From Azolla caroliniana (lineage: Eukaryota; Plantae; Polypodiophyta), in NCBI GenBank assembly GCA_043228905.1, contig JBHGNT010000004.1, positions 8,990,001 to 9,054,000 of the forward strand: a stretch of DNA of 64,000 bases. Direction: 5' to 3'. The translations under genes were made by a program, and so were the position numbers. Positions within the stretch are counted from its first letter, which is position 1. Each line of letters opens with the position of its first letter. Shown here piece after piece: positions 37,374 to 50,112 of the stretch. The notes under the pieces were generated by a model. It had not been told where the DNA came from. It did not search any database and saw only the letters and a program-made list of their open reading frames with translations.

Positions 37374-40300
37374 ATGGAGTTTCCTGCGGACACTCCTGCC
37401 TCTGCCTCTGCCTCTGCCTCTGATTCCATCCCTTCCCAAACCATCACCATGAAAACTAGCCTTGGCTTGAAAAGAACTCGGAGCAGTACTTCCATGGATT
37501 TAAGAGTAACCTCTTCCACAAATGAGGTGAAACAGTTGCTTTCTAAATTCGTCAGACCTTCTTCTCCTTCTTCCATGGCCCCGAGAAGGGAAGATGTGTC
37601 AGATCATGTTCTTCTTGAGGCGTCCGAGGTTTCTGAGGTTATTGAACGCGAGCATCTAATACATCCTAATGGAACCTTCTCAGATCATGTTCTTCTTGAC
37701 ACTTCTGAGATTAATCGGAGAGAGCATATAATACATCCTAAACGAAGCTTCTCAGATCATGTTCTTCTTGAAGCTTCTGATATAAATACACAAGATCACG
37801 TTCTTCTTGAAATGTCCGAGGTTTCCGAGGTTATTGGACGCGATCATGTAATACATCCTAACGGAACCTTCTCAGATCATGTTCTTCTTGACGCTTCTGA
37901 GATTTATCGGAGAGAGCATATAATACATCCTAAACGAAGCTTCTCAGATCATGTTCTTCTTGAAGCTTCTGATATAAATAAACGAGACAATTTAATACAT
38001 CCTAAAGGATCCTTCTCAGATCATGCTCTTCTTGGACCGTTTGAGGTTTCTGAGATTAACCAACAAGAGAATATAAATCCGTATAAACCAGACCTCGCAA
38101 CACATATGATGTTCAATGTTTCTGGAATCAGTCCTGGGAATCAACAACGAGAGGACGTGTTATGTCCCAAACCATCAACGCTCGAACATAGTACAAGAAT
38201 TCTCCCAAAATTCAGTGTTTCAAGGCATAAACCTCGAAGTCTAACTGCAAAGCCCGGAGGTTTTCATGCCACGTTTAGAGCTCCCGTTGCAGAGAGAAGA
38301 AGCCATGACAATGGAGGAAACTCCGAGAAATGTGGAACAGTGACAGACATAAATCCATCTCCATCTCCTTTTCTGTCTCCTCAGTTCTATAGTGTTATGT
38401 ACCGTGCAAGAAAAAAGAATGCAAAGAACAAAGGTCCTTGGTTTGATGGTATTCTTATTGTTCGAGGAAGGAAATCTACATTGCTGGATGTAGAAGGCAA
38501 GGCTGTATGTAAAGGAGATGTATCTGGTGGCAAACCTTTGACAGTGGATTCTATCATCGAAGTAATTCTCTTCCAGTTTACAATGTTTCCTCAGTAGTTT
38601 TATGATTTTTCTTGAATTCATTTTGGTTCATTTGTCATTTATGATTCTCACCAATCACACCAGAGATTGAAAACTGTAGCTTTGCATATCTATAGAGTAA
38701 GGTAGATTTAGTAAAAATATAGTGAAGGGATGGACAAATGGTCGTTAACAATAATACGCATTTAGTTTTAGTATTCTCATTAACCCTGATATAATTGAAA
38801 ACTGTAGTTCTGTGTATCTATGGGATATTATAGATTAGGTAAAATATAATTAAGAGATTAAGACTAATGATTTCAAGAATTCAATGCTTCTAGTCTTGAC
38901 AATTTTGAAGTTTTCTATAGCTTTGGAGGATCACAGATTAGGTAAACCATAATAAAAGATCCAAGACTAATGTTTCTTCAACTATATGCATGTAATTTTA
39001 TGATTTTTATTAATCCTGATGGGCATTGACAACTGTATTTTTTCATAGCCGTGGAGGGTCATAGGCTAGGTAAAACATTATGAAGGGATTAAGACTAATG
39101 TATCCAACAACAATATGCAGATAAGCAAGTATCAGATAGAAGTGATGCGCATCGCTTCATCAGAAGAATATGAAAGAGGCAGCATTTTTACAGGTTCATT
39201 TGATAACAGTTCTCAACTTGTAGAAGGAAAGACAGAGGAAGGCAGGAAAATAAATAGGATGCCTGGAATCCATGAGTCTAAGTTTGCTCATAAGAACGGA
39301 AAATTTAAAGGATCACATCATCTGAAAAGGTACCATAATAAAATTATTGATCAACAGAATGATCAGTGCAAATTCTTACTAGGGTTCTGTTTGATAAAGT
39401 TTCAGAGATCATTCACAGAATTTTCTGCAGCAATCGATCTCAGAGGTCGTCCTTCTAACTAAATTAATATCCCAGTCAAGGAAAAAAGAAACTCTTTTCT
39501 GCTATCTTTCTTTTTAGACGTTTTCTATCTTTAAAGCTCAGTATCATTCAGGTAAAATTGTTGCAATAATGAATCAGTATTATATGCATTTAAATTGGCA
39601 GAAGTTGCCTACACTTTCATCATTTTATCCATCCCCAACATATTTATGCACTCTATGCACTGCAAATAGAATTTAATGTTTTATTGGTTTCTGCTTATCT
39701 CGACCTAGCTATCTAAACAAGATTTTATCTGTCAAATTACTTGCCAGCTTACTTCCCAGAATGAAAAATTGTACAGGATGCATTAGTATTGAATCAATGT
39801 TATGTCACCGATGCCCTTGCACCAATTGTAGTAGATCCAGTATGTATGATTTATCTGGATCAAAACCAATTCTGATCATATATAGTGATTTTCTTCTGAT
39901 GTTGTTCCTTGCTGTGTAGTACATTGCAACTAAACTTAGACCCCATCAAAGAGATGGAGTGAGATTCATGTATGAATGTGTAATGGGACTGAGGGCTCCG
40001 TTATTTACTGGTTGCCTTTTAGCAGACGAAATGGGTAGGCTACTTATACTCTTAGAATTCCAGTGTGATTGCAAAATATTGTGTTCTCTCTGATATCTTT
40101 TGTATATCAGGACTTGGCAAGACTCTCCAAGTCATAGCCCTTATTTGGACTCTAATACACCAGAAACCAGCTCAAGTATAATTTGTACATATAATTTTGT
40201 TATTTGAAATAGTCAATAATAGTAAATTGATCATAATTAACTAAGCTGCTTGAAAAATAACAGGGCAACAAACCCTTCAAGCACATCATTGTCGTATGTC

Positions 40301-43300
40301 CTTCTTCACTTGTACAAAATTGGGGAAATGAGGTTGAACAAAACTTTCTTTCTTTTATCAATTGTATAAACATATATTGATGTGCTCACCTGCCTCTTTT
40401 CTTTCTATGTGAATATATGTTTATATATTCTACTGAATTATGTGTTATGAATATGCCCGAAAATTATCATGATAGTTTTCTCAATTTGCATCCTTGAAGG
40501 CAATTCAACGTGGACTGTTTATTTATTGCACATAACATATTATATTCTAGTTCCTTTTTTTTCCTAAAAGGATTCTCTCATACTATGGTTTAGTATATGA
40601 TATAAAGGCAATGTCTGTAATCTGAAAATTTCGGAGTTTCAACATTTATGAATTGGCATACATAGTTCTCTTAAATTTTATGCAGCCATGATTGGCAGCA
40701 CATTAAAGACTGTAGAGAAGGTTGCTTTCGATAAAAACACCTCACAGAATATGTGCATCGATCGTTTGCATATAACTAGAGAAGTGCTCTGATTTATAAT
40801 TAGAAAAACATCTCAGATCTTAAAGTCATAATTGCTTTCCCTAAATACCAACATTTCGAGATGTTGTGATGATGTGGCATCTAGATCTTTCAGGTTGGGT
40901 GTGCCACCTGTAGGGTATTACATTTCACACATTTCATGTTTCAGTGGGTCGATCTTATATCTTCCTTTCCCTCCCTCCCTCTCTCCCTGCCCCCTCCTGC
41001 CTCCCCCCTTTGAGACAAAGGTCTTATTTTAATTTTCCTAGTTTATGCTACACTCCCATCATATTTTAAGATTTGGATTGAGAACCATGATTCAAAATTT
41101 GTTCCTGGAACAGATGGGCTATTTTTGATTGTTCAAGAATCGCTACATTGAGCTATTGCATTTGATGGATGCACAGAAGAAGCTATATTGATTGAGGAGG
41201 TGGTGTAATTGTTTATAAAGCTCATTGGAGCGAACAAAAATGTTTCTAACCTCTTCATAAGCATCTGCAATTGATGCACTTTTTCTTTTAGGGTCGCACA
41301 TTTGAATACTTTATGTGGATTTGTAACAAACTGATTTGTCTGATTTACAGTTGACAATGATGATAATTGAACCGCACTTACTATTATTTTATGTACAGGT
41401 GAAAAAATGGCTGGGTTCAGAAAGGTTAAAAGCGCTTGTTGTGCATGCAGGTTTACAAAAAGAGGTATTTCTCATCCCATTCATTTTAATTGATATTGTT
41501 ATCAGTTGATGTATTACAAGATTGTAGTATTTTCTATAGGACTGATCATTTTCTTTTCTCTAAATACCCAATTCCATAAGCTTTGACTTGTTTATTCATG
41601 CACATGCTGGATTGTGGTTCATATATCCTACACCTTAAATTTTAGAAGGGTAGCTCCAAGGCAAATGCTTTGGCTTTATGCAAATACTAATTCTTTTTAT
41701 TCAAACTTTTGTTGGTGCACACATAAATTTGATTTTTTCTCTTGAGAAAAATAGGAAACAATCAGACTTTGGAGGATTTCAATTTTGTGGATTGTACTTT
41801 ATCAATGACAGATGTGTCAAATTTAAATTTATTATGCATTCAAATAGATGAACAGGATATGTGCCAATCAATGGTGCACTGAGCTTATACCTATGTCATA
41901 AAAACTTTGTGCATAAATTTGAATTGATCAGTGTCTGTTATGATGGGTTCTCATCCAAATTGCCAGTCTTAGTGAGATCCTACAAATCTTTTATTTTTAT
42001 GTTATCAATACCACACACCAGTATAATGTATTGCAAAGTGAGTAATATTAATCATAGAACCTTTTCAAAATAGCAGCTATCTTACATTATGGATTATTCA
42101 AATAGCAGCTATCTTACATTATGGATTATTCATGTAGTGCTTTTCTTTGTGCTCTTCATGAAATATCAATTTGATTGTTTATATGGTCTTTCATTAGGTT
42201 GAACAGAAATTTGTGGATTTTAAAATTGGAAAAACACATCCTCTATTGATCACATCATATGAACTTATACGAAAGCATCAAGAGCTTATTGCCTCCTCAA
42301 AGCCAGAACTCCTTGTCTGTGATGAAGCGCATCGGCTAAAGAATAGGTATAGTAACAGTTGACCTCGCTAACCCAACTTTACTTCAAGCATAATTCTTGC
42401 GTCCTATTCTTCAATCCCATATTAATTTGCAGCTCTGGAAACAAAACAATTGCTTCTCTGTTGGCACTTACCTGCCCTAGGAGGGTGCTACTAGTAAGCT
42501 GCATGGATACTTATATTATGGACATCTGAGGCATATAGTGAGTGTCGAGACTGACAACTGACCACAAGATGGATATTACAGACTGGGACGCCTGTACAAA
42601 ACGATTTGAATGAGTTCTATGCAATGATCGACTTTGCAAATCCGAATCTACTTGGTCCACTCTCAGCATTCAAACGTCTCTATGCAGAGCCAATTGAGCT
42701 GAGCAGAGATCGAGATGCAAGGTAAGAATCTGGGGTGATTTAGCCTCATCACGACATCTTGTGTCAAATGACAAAAACTTGTCTCCACTGTAAATTTGGC
42801 AGCACTGAACAAAAGCAAGTAGGGCAAGCCAGATTTTTGGAGCTACAAGCAAGAACTAAGTTCTGTATTTTACGAAGGACAGCTGCTGTGAACAAAAGTT
42901 ATCTGCCTGCTAAAACAGAGTATGCATGTCATGTGGTGTCATTGGATCATGCTTTATTTGTATTAAAATCTTGGCATGCTTGCAACTCCATCATGAATAA
43001 AACATACATTTCTATTTTAAAAGTTCAAGTGATATCAAATATATAGCTCTGGATAGTATTCTGAACCACAAAAAGCTATTATACTTTGTAATTATATCTT
43101 ATATATGTGTGCCTAAATAATTACTTTTCGTTGGCTAGTATGGGTGTATGTTTTTGTTTATTTGCTGGGATTTCTGTTATTGTGATTTGTTTTCAGTCTG
43201 CAGTCTTTTGCCATGTGTGAGTTCGTCATCAGATTCAGAAATATTTTGGCAAAATATTCTGTAAACTAGGATGTTGATATAGGAAAGATTGATTCATTGT

Positions 43301-46296
43301 GTATCTGCCAATCCTCCCCTCACCTAGACTTGGTCAGGCGTTGGAAAGATTTGAATATTAATGATAGGCTGATCCTAGAAAGTACATCTACTAATCAGAT
43401 ATATCATTTGATTATCAACAATCTGCCATGGTTGAAGTATAAGGGGAAATCCACAAAGATTGGTGAAAATCCATGATAATGTGGGCTGTTTCAAATCCAA
43501 AGTATTTTGGTTGGCATATGTTGATCTCAGTTGCAACTGCCATCTCAAGGCTCAATATTCCAAATGGCTCTTGCATCCTTTGTACTATAGCTGAGGAGAT
43601 GTGTTGCCATATGTTTTTATCTTGCTTGATGGCACGAGACATGGTCCTCTATCCAGTGTGTGGTGTTCTGTTGCGGGGGGATTATGCATCCACATGATTG
43701 TGTTTTTAGCCAGTGGAAACCATGTGTTTTATTTCGCTTTCTCTTCTTTTGGGGCTTATAGCATATAATTGAACAATCTAGAATGTGTTCATCTTTTGTT
43801 CCCATTCTGGACTGTAGAGATATCAATAATTTGAGGGGTTTCCTTCACTGGTAGTTCAGCACCATAGCCAATGTGAATCTTCTTAAGAAAGATGGTTTGG
43901 CTCCTTGGCATACAATGATCTCTTTGGTTTCTTTGATAGACATGTGGCTGTTGTGTGACTTTTGTACAACCCTAGTAATTAATACAATTGCACTTTATGG
44001 AAAAAATAAGGTTAGTGTAGTTATGTCCAATCCTCTGAAAGTTGTGAAACAAGCACTGTTTCATTAGTTGTTTGGCAATATGGGGTTTCTAAATCGTTCA
44101 TTTCCTTTTGATCTCCATGCCAGTGGCAATGAGGAGTCCAAGTGGTTTGAATGAATGATGTGTCTGTGAAAAAAGCTTAAGATGTTAGAAGTTTACTGTT
44201 TTGGCATTGTATTATTGTTAAATTTTATTTCAAACTTTGTCTTCTAATTGTACAAAACAAAAACGTGTGAAGTTCTGTCATTTTGTTTGTACTTCAGGTA
44301 CCTCGTGTTCTGTCGACTGCAACCTCTACAAGTTACTCTATATGAGTCCTTTGTACGATCACAGGTGTGTAATATCCATTCTCTTCAATGTGAATGACTC
44401 TACCTAGCATCCTGACAACAAATAATTATTTCTTTAATCACTTCTGCAGTTTGTGACCAGATTATTTGTTTCAGAGAGCAGTTCAGTGAATGTGTTAACT
44501 GCAATTGGTGTTCTAAGAAAGCTTTGCAACCATCCGAAACTGGTGGCGGCTGACATGTCGAAGGAAATGATAGGTCTCTTACAAGATCATGATTTATTGA
44601 AGGTTTCAGCTATTAATGAATCTTCAAAGTGTGAGTCATCGTTTGGAAGGTAAGTGTATGGCAACTTGTTGCAAATAACTTGAATTGCACACCCTAATCT
44701 TATCTCATTCTATTCAGAAGACATGGTGAATCAATGTCCGGAAAACTAGACTGTGTGTCAGCACTACTTTCAGTTGTTTTTGATCCAGAATTGGGAGACA
44801 GAACAGAGCGAGTAGTAGTTGTCTCCAATTTTACTCAAACTCTCAACCTTGTTCAGGTTTAGCACTTGGGAGCTCACACTCTCAACCTTCTCCATATTTT
44901 GCTCATAGAAATTGTGAATAAGGGCATCTCATGTCTGCTTTTGGACTCATGGGCTCACAGAGTATATGTGAAGGAAAAGACTGGGCATGGTTGCGATTGG
45001 ATGGGTCAACATTGGTTGCAGATAGGCAACGTCTGGTAGATCGCTTTAATTCGGGGTTTGGAGGGGAAAGGGTATTTTTGTTGTCATCAAAGGCTGGTGG
45101 GATGGGACTCAATTTGGTGGGGGCAAATCGGTAAAGTACTTACCCTTTTGTTCATCATGCTTGCTAGTACCTGGAACTTGAGCTTTATTTTTTCTTATAT
45201 ATGTGTTCATTTTACCCCAATGGTCAATTGATTCAAGATTTTGCAAGACAAACAACATTAGTAAAAATGGATGCATGTGTGATAAGATAAAGTCTAGACA
45301 TCCATTTACATGGTTAGGGAGATTACACCCACATCCTCGCCCACAGAAGATATGACTAGTAATTGATTGGTTTTGGTGTGACATGACAGACTGATCCTCT
45401 TTGATCCGGATTGGAACCCTGCAACGGATGCACAGGTTGGATTAATGTATCTTAATTTGCATTCAGGGTACCATGGTGATGTTCATTTTCTGAGAGAGTG
45501 AACTTGATGTTCACATCTGAATTAGGCAATGGCACGCATCTGGAGGGAAGGGCAGCAAAAGCCTGTCATAATCTACAGATTATTTTCAACTGGCAGGTTG
45601 TTGGTTGAGTAATTGTACTAGAACTGCCCATTAGTTTTAGAGCCAAGTAGGGCAATGCGTATATTTAAATTTCCTGGGCTTTCTAATTCAAAATTACTCG
45701 ATGAGTTTGTACAAGTAGTTGAGCTTTTTACACGAGAAGCAGCGAGTACTTCATATTGTGCCATGATAAGAATTTTTTGTACAAGTAGTTGAGCTTTTTA
45801 CACGAGAAGCAGAGAGTACTTCATATTGTGCCATGAGAAGAATTTTTTTATTGATGACAAATTGTTGCAGCATCGAAGAAAAGATATATCAGCGTCAGAT
45901 GATGAAAGGTGAGATTGCAGCAACTGTGGAAGATAATATGGAAAACGGAATGAAATGCAAAGGAGGCAGATATTTCAGCCGGGAAGAACTTCGTGAGCTT
46001 TTCACATTGAACATGGTAAGGTTGATGGGAAACAAAACCTTTCTTTTTTGTTGGTTTTTGGTTTTTGGTTTTGGCTTTTTGTTGATTTCAGGTATCAATT
46101 CTGATGTGGTGAGTGCATTGGGCAGGAAACTCTGTGTGAAACACATGATCTACTGTGTGGTCGTGGTTTGCCTGTTGAAGAGCAGTGGCGAGATTGCTCT
46201 GAGCAATTGGAAGACCCTGCACTCAGGAAGGCAATCCAGAGTGGCCTTGTTTCCTTTGTCCAGGAAAAGATTCATCTCCACCAACAAGATTCCTAA
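37374..46296 (+). CDS. RAD54B: RAD54B/Rdh54-like SNF2-family DNA translocase, about 19 exons
   Basis: Exon 1 37374-38561 with the Rdh54/RAD54B-type N-domain ([25 protein letters not shown]). [24 protein letters not shown] (39920-40156); CPSSLVQNW; CDEAH (42318-42332); [12 protein letters not shown]; LRKLCNHP; RLDGST; [13 protein letters not shown]; DPDWNPA; [11 protein letters not shown]; [10 protein letters not shown]. Stop TAA 46294-46296. Some exon edges are approximate. Confidence 0.85.
37600..38130 (+). repeat. In-frame coding tandem repeat in RAD54B exon 1 (7 x DH[VA]LL units; 192-bp higher-order duplication)
   Basis: CAGATCATGTTCTTCTTG recurs; the 27+24+13 aa block is duplicated. Confidence 0.9.
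43330..43950 (+). mobile_element. Degenerate L1-type LINE 3' remnant in a RAD54B intron
   Basis: zf-RVT-like [14 protein letters not shown] motif in ORF 43473-43697; Trp-rich decayed flanks. Boundaries approximate. Confidence 0.55.
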
Positions 46297-48454
46297 TTAA
46301 AGTCATGTGACTATTGAATTATCTTGGGTTCCAATCCTCCACAGCTGCAATTTTTCAGAGCACATCCACAAGATTTGACAATCATTGGTCTGGCAGCTTT
46401 GTCTCAAAGAACAACTATATGATTGTGAACATAACCTTCATATATCTCAAATTTCACATATTTTTGCAAAAACTTTATCGATGTTTTGGACATCAGACGA
46501 CATCCACTGTCTAAATATGCCGTTTTAACAATGAATGATGCCACAGATTCCCTTCATAGATGCCATCTACTTAGCCTAATGGAATTTTCCAACTACAGCA
46601 AAATTGAGTGGAGGTTTTCTGTATGCTCTTCTAAATAATTTTGTTGTCTACCGTGTGACATCTTGGACTATTGGACCCAAGACCATTATGAAAAACATCG
46701 ACGATCCTCTTGTTACAATTGCAAAGTATGTTATTATTTCTCGGATGATCTCTGAGATAAGGCATTTGGGATGACTTTATTGATGATTGGCTCTAGAAAG
46801 ACAATAATATAATGGTATTATTATCATGCTCTTCTCTTCTTGACTAACATAGTCAATATCAAGAATATGGGCTTGCACTGCTTTGAATGCATGAATGCAT
46901 TGGCTTGCATACAAAGAGAAGTTTAGTTGTGCTTGGAACACACATTAGGCATGTGTCTTAGGCTAGGAAAGACGAGGATTTTGAGATCTTCTTGTTAGAT
47001 TGAATGTACTTGTTTCATGAGTGATCACGACACCTCATGTGCAAGAGGTTGCTTATATTTCTCATCGATAGATGGGTTGGATTAAATTTGAAATTCATAT
47101 TGTACTTTTCTACCTCTTATTGATTATGCAAGATCTTCTATGAGGCACCATTAACATTTGTGAGGGCCTTTGTATTTTTGGTGCTTGCGTAGATATGATA
47201 CTGTTTGAAGACAATATTTGACAAATCGAACATGGAACGTAACATGGCCCCTTTATATATAAGAGCTTCAATATCCACTATTTGTATCATTGCTTCAATA
47301 CGATTTAGTTTGTTGCATTCTCTTCAACATGAGACAAGGTGTTGGGGTGTAAGTGAGGAAACTCATTGACTATGCATATTCTCTTTGAATAAATGCAAAT
47401 ATTTAGAATGAATTATCACACTTTGATACAATGCACTATATTTGACCAAATTTGAGTTTTCTTTCCATACATTGTCAATCCAATCCCACCATCTATGTAC
47501 ATTCCTTTCATAATCACAATATGCAAGCTTATTTACAATGTTTATCAGTAAAATTCTTGAACAATCATAATGTGCAACCTTTTATGCAATGATTATTATC
47601 ATGTGATTATTTTGAGATTTCTTTTGTAAATATTTTAACTTGAGTAACTTATTTATGGTTGCTAAATACATTTTTTAGTTACTCATGGCTTAAAATTTTG
47701 AAGAAAATGTGGGACTCTCACAAAGGGAGTTGATCCCACACACTACTTCGTCCACATCCTTGTTTGAAAATGACTTCCATCAATTACAAGACTCAATGAA
47801 TATGATTGTACATGAGCTTTCAAAATTCTAAAATCTCATGTTCCTATTATGCAAACGGATGTCGAGACATAGGATGACCAACATGGTGAACCTTCCTTTA
47901 TTGTAAACCTATTTCAAGGTGAAAAGAAAGAACTAAGGAAGTAATTTGCTCTAGCCTAGGTAATTGAGAATCTCATTTTGAGGTGATGGGATAGGCAGTT
48001 CAAATCCATATGTAGTTTAAGATAAAGACATGCTCATTGGCGTTGTTCCCATCACATAAATAATGATAGGGTTACAACATTTTGAGCTTTTAAAATCAAG
48101 GCACATGAGAAGATGGTGAGGTGGATGGTAAGTGTGAAGTTAAGTTTTGTTAAGAGAAAAGATAGTTGAATATATATTAAACCCTAGGACAACCAAGAGT
48201 TGAGGTCAATATCGAGGATTTAAGCATCACAACAATCATAGAAGGAAGAAACTCAAATGGATGAAGATAAATGTGTTTTTCAATAACAAACAAGTAGGAA
48301 AAATGCAAATCATGGACAATAAGATTCAAATAACGAAAAACACTCATAACATCTTCATCTGATACATCCAAATTTAGAAAGAAAAGATTGATTAAAAAAA
48401 GTGGACGATGAGAGATTTCCAACAATATCTTGTATGCCAATATTGGAGTTATCG

Positions 48455-50112
48455 AGAAGAAATAATGATGGAAAAGTTAGGTTGGTGTCAAATGAGGATA
48501 ACTAGGTTCCTATTTAGGATAATTTACAAAGCTTTTGAACGTATGAGGATAAACCCTAAACCCTAAACCCTATCCACGTGGTGGCATAGGTTGGTAACAT
48601 CTGGAAGACAAACCCGGATGTTGCTAAGGTGGAACCCCATTGGAAGTTATGGGTATATGGTTGTTGTCCCCTCGTCAAACTAGAATAGGACCCAGGGGAT
48701 TTCAAGTGGAAACATGATGGCAAATTTCGCCATTTCTTCGAGTACAACACTAAACTGGGTTGGACTTTTCATTTGCAACTAGACGGCCCCTTACACAATG
48801 GCTGGCGTACATTGGGCATCCCTGATGAGGTGCTCATTACCTTTTGGAAGGGTCTCTGGCGTCTCCACTTGCCGGAAAAGATAGTTTTTTTGGTGGCAAA
48901 TCCGTCATAATGTGGTTCCCGTTGGTGAATGGCTAGGTAAACGTGGCGGCCCGTTAGGCTGCCCACTTTGCCACTCACCTATTGAGACTCTGAGGCATTG
49001 TCTGTGGGATTGCCCTCACGCTCAAAAGGTATGGGATAGAGTGACTCGCCTCCTTGCGGCATGTGAAGTGGAAGGAACAACATCGTGGAGTGTTGCGGCA
49101 TGGCTTGATCACTCTGTTGATAGGTGGACGAACGCCTTCAATGCGGATAGTTGGTGCTACGTATGCATGAGAGGAAAAATCGCCAAGATTCGATTTGAGA
49201 GAGGCTTGCAGTCCGCATCCCCTAGGTTCCCAGACATTTGGATGCTGATCGCAGGCTTCACCCTGTGGTATGTATGGAAAGCGCGTTGCCTAAAGGTCTT
49301 CTAAGATTTGGTGCGGCCCCCGAAGGAAGTGATCATGGACATATGGTTTGCGATTATTAGCTACCTACGAGGGCAATTGGACAAGGTTTGCAACCATTCC
49401 TCTGACGTGGGCACTACTCGTTTGCGCTTTTGGCAGAAATGGCGGAACACACCTATGGTGACACAAGGAGGAAGTGGCTTGAGGTGGAACTACCAGCCCC
49501 ACGCTAGCTGTTTCCGGCTCACTTACCACCCTCCCTTCATTGTCGATCCCAAGAATTGTCTCGTACTAACCATCACTGCAGGGCACCGTTTTAGCTATAG
49601 GTACTTACATTAAGTAGTCAATCTGAAAGGCGATTTAACTAGTCTCATTTTCTTGAACTTGATCGGAGGGAGATTCTCCGATCTATGTTTAAGCTTCCTT
49701 GTACAGTCTCTTTGTAATAATCCTACCTAACTAATGGGAAAGTAGCTTCATTTTGGAAAAAAAAAGGTTTGTATTTAGGATATTTTACAAAAATCTTGAA
49801 CGCCTCACATAGACCCAAGTATATCCATTAGAAAGCAAGAATAACGTTGTCGTGGCGTACGTCGTAGACATCATAAAAAACGTACAGAGAAGAAATAATG
49901 ATAGAAAAGTTAGGTCGGTGTCAAATGAGGATAACTAGGTTCGTATTTAGGATATTTTACAAAACTTTTGAACATTTGAGGATAATTAGGTTTGTATTTA
50001 GGATATTTTACAAAAATCTTGACCGCCTCACATAGACCCAAGTATATCCATTAGAAAGCAAGAATAGTGTTGTTGTGGTGTACTTTGTACACATTGTGAA
50101 AAACGTACAAAG
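48455..50112. repeat. ~222-bp tandem duplication; first copy split by the L1
   Basis: 48455-48550 plus 49766-49890 matches 49886-50112. Confidence 0.8.
48551..49765 (+). mobile_element. 5'-truncated L1 LINE (zf-RVT region, 3' UTR, poly-A)
   Basis: CPLCHSPIETLRHCLWDC and LWYVWKARC motifs; poly-A at ~49757-49765; interrupts a ~222-bp duplicated unit. Confidence 0.85.

Noticed and set aside
37032-37576. Antisense ORFs upstream of RAD54B
   Set aside because: They are low-complexity translations of (ACGAAT)n, (GATGGC)n and (CTCTGC)n microsatellites.
45590-45600. Non-canonical GC-AG intron in RAD54B
   Set aside because: A standard GT donor at 45597 gives the expected TGS-IEEK frame.
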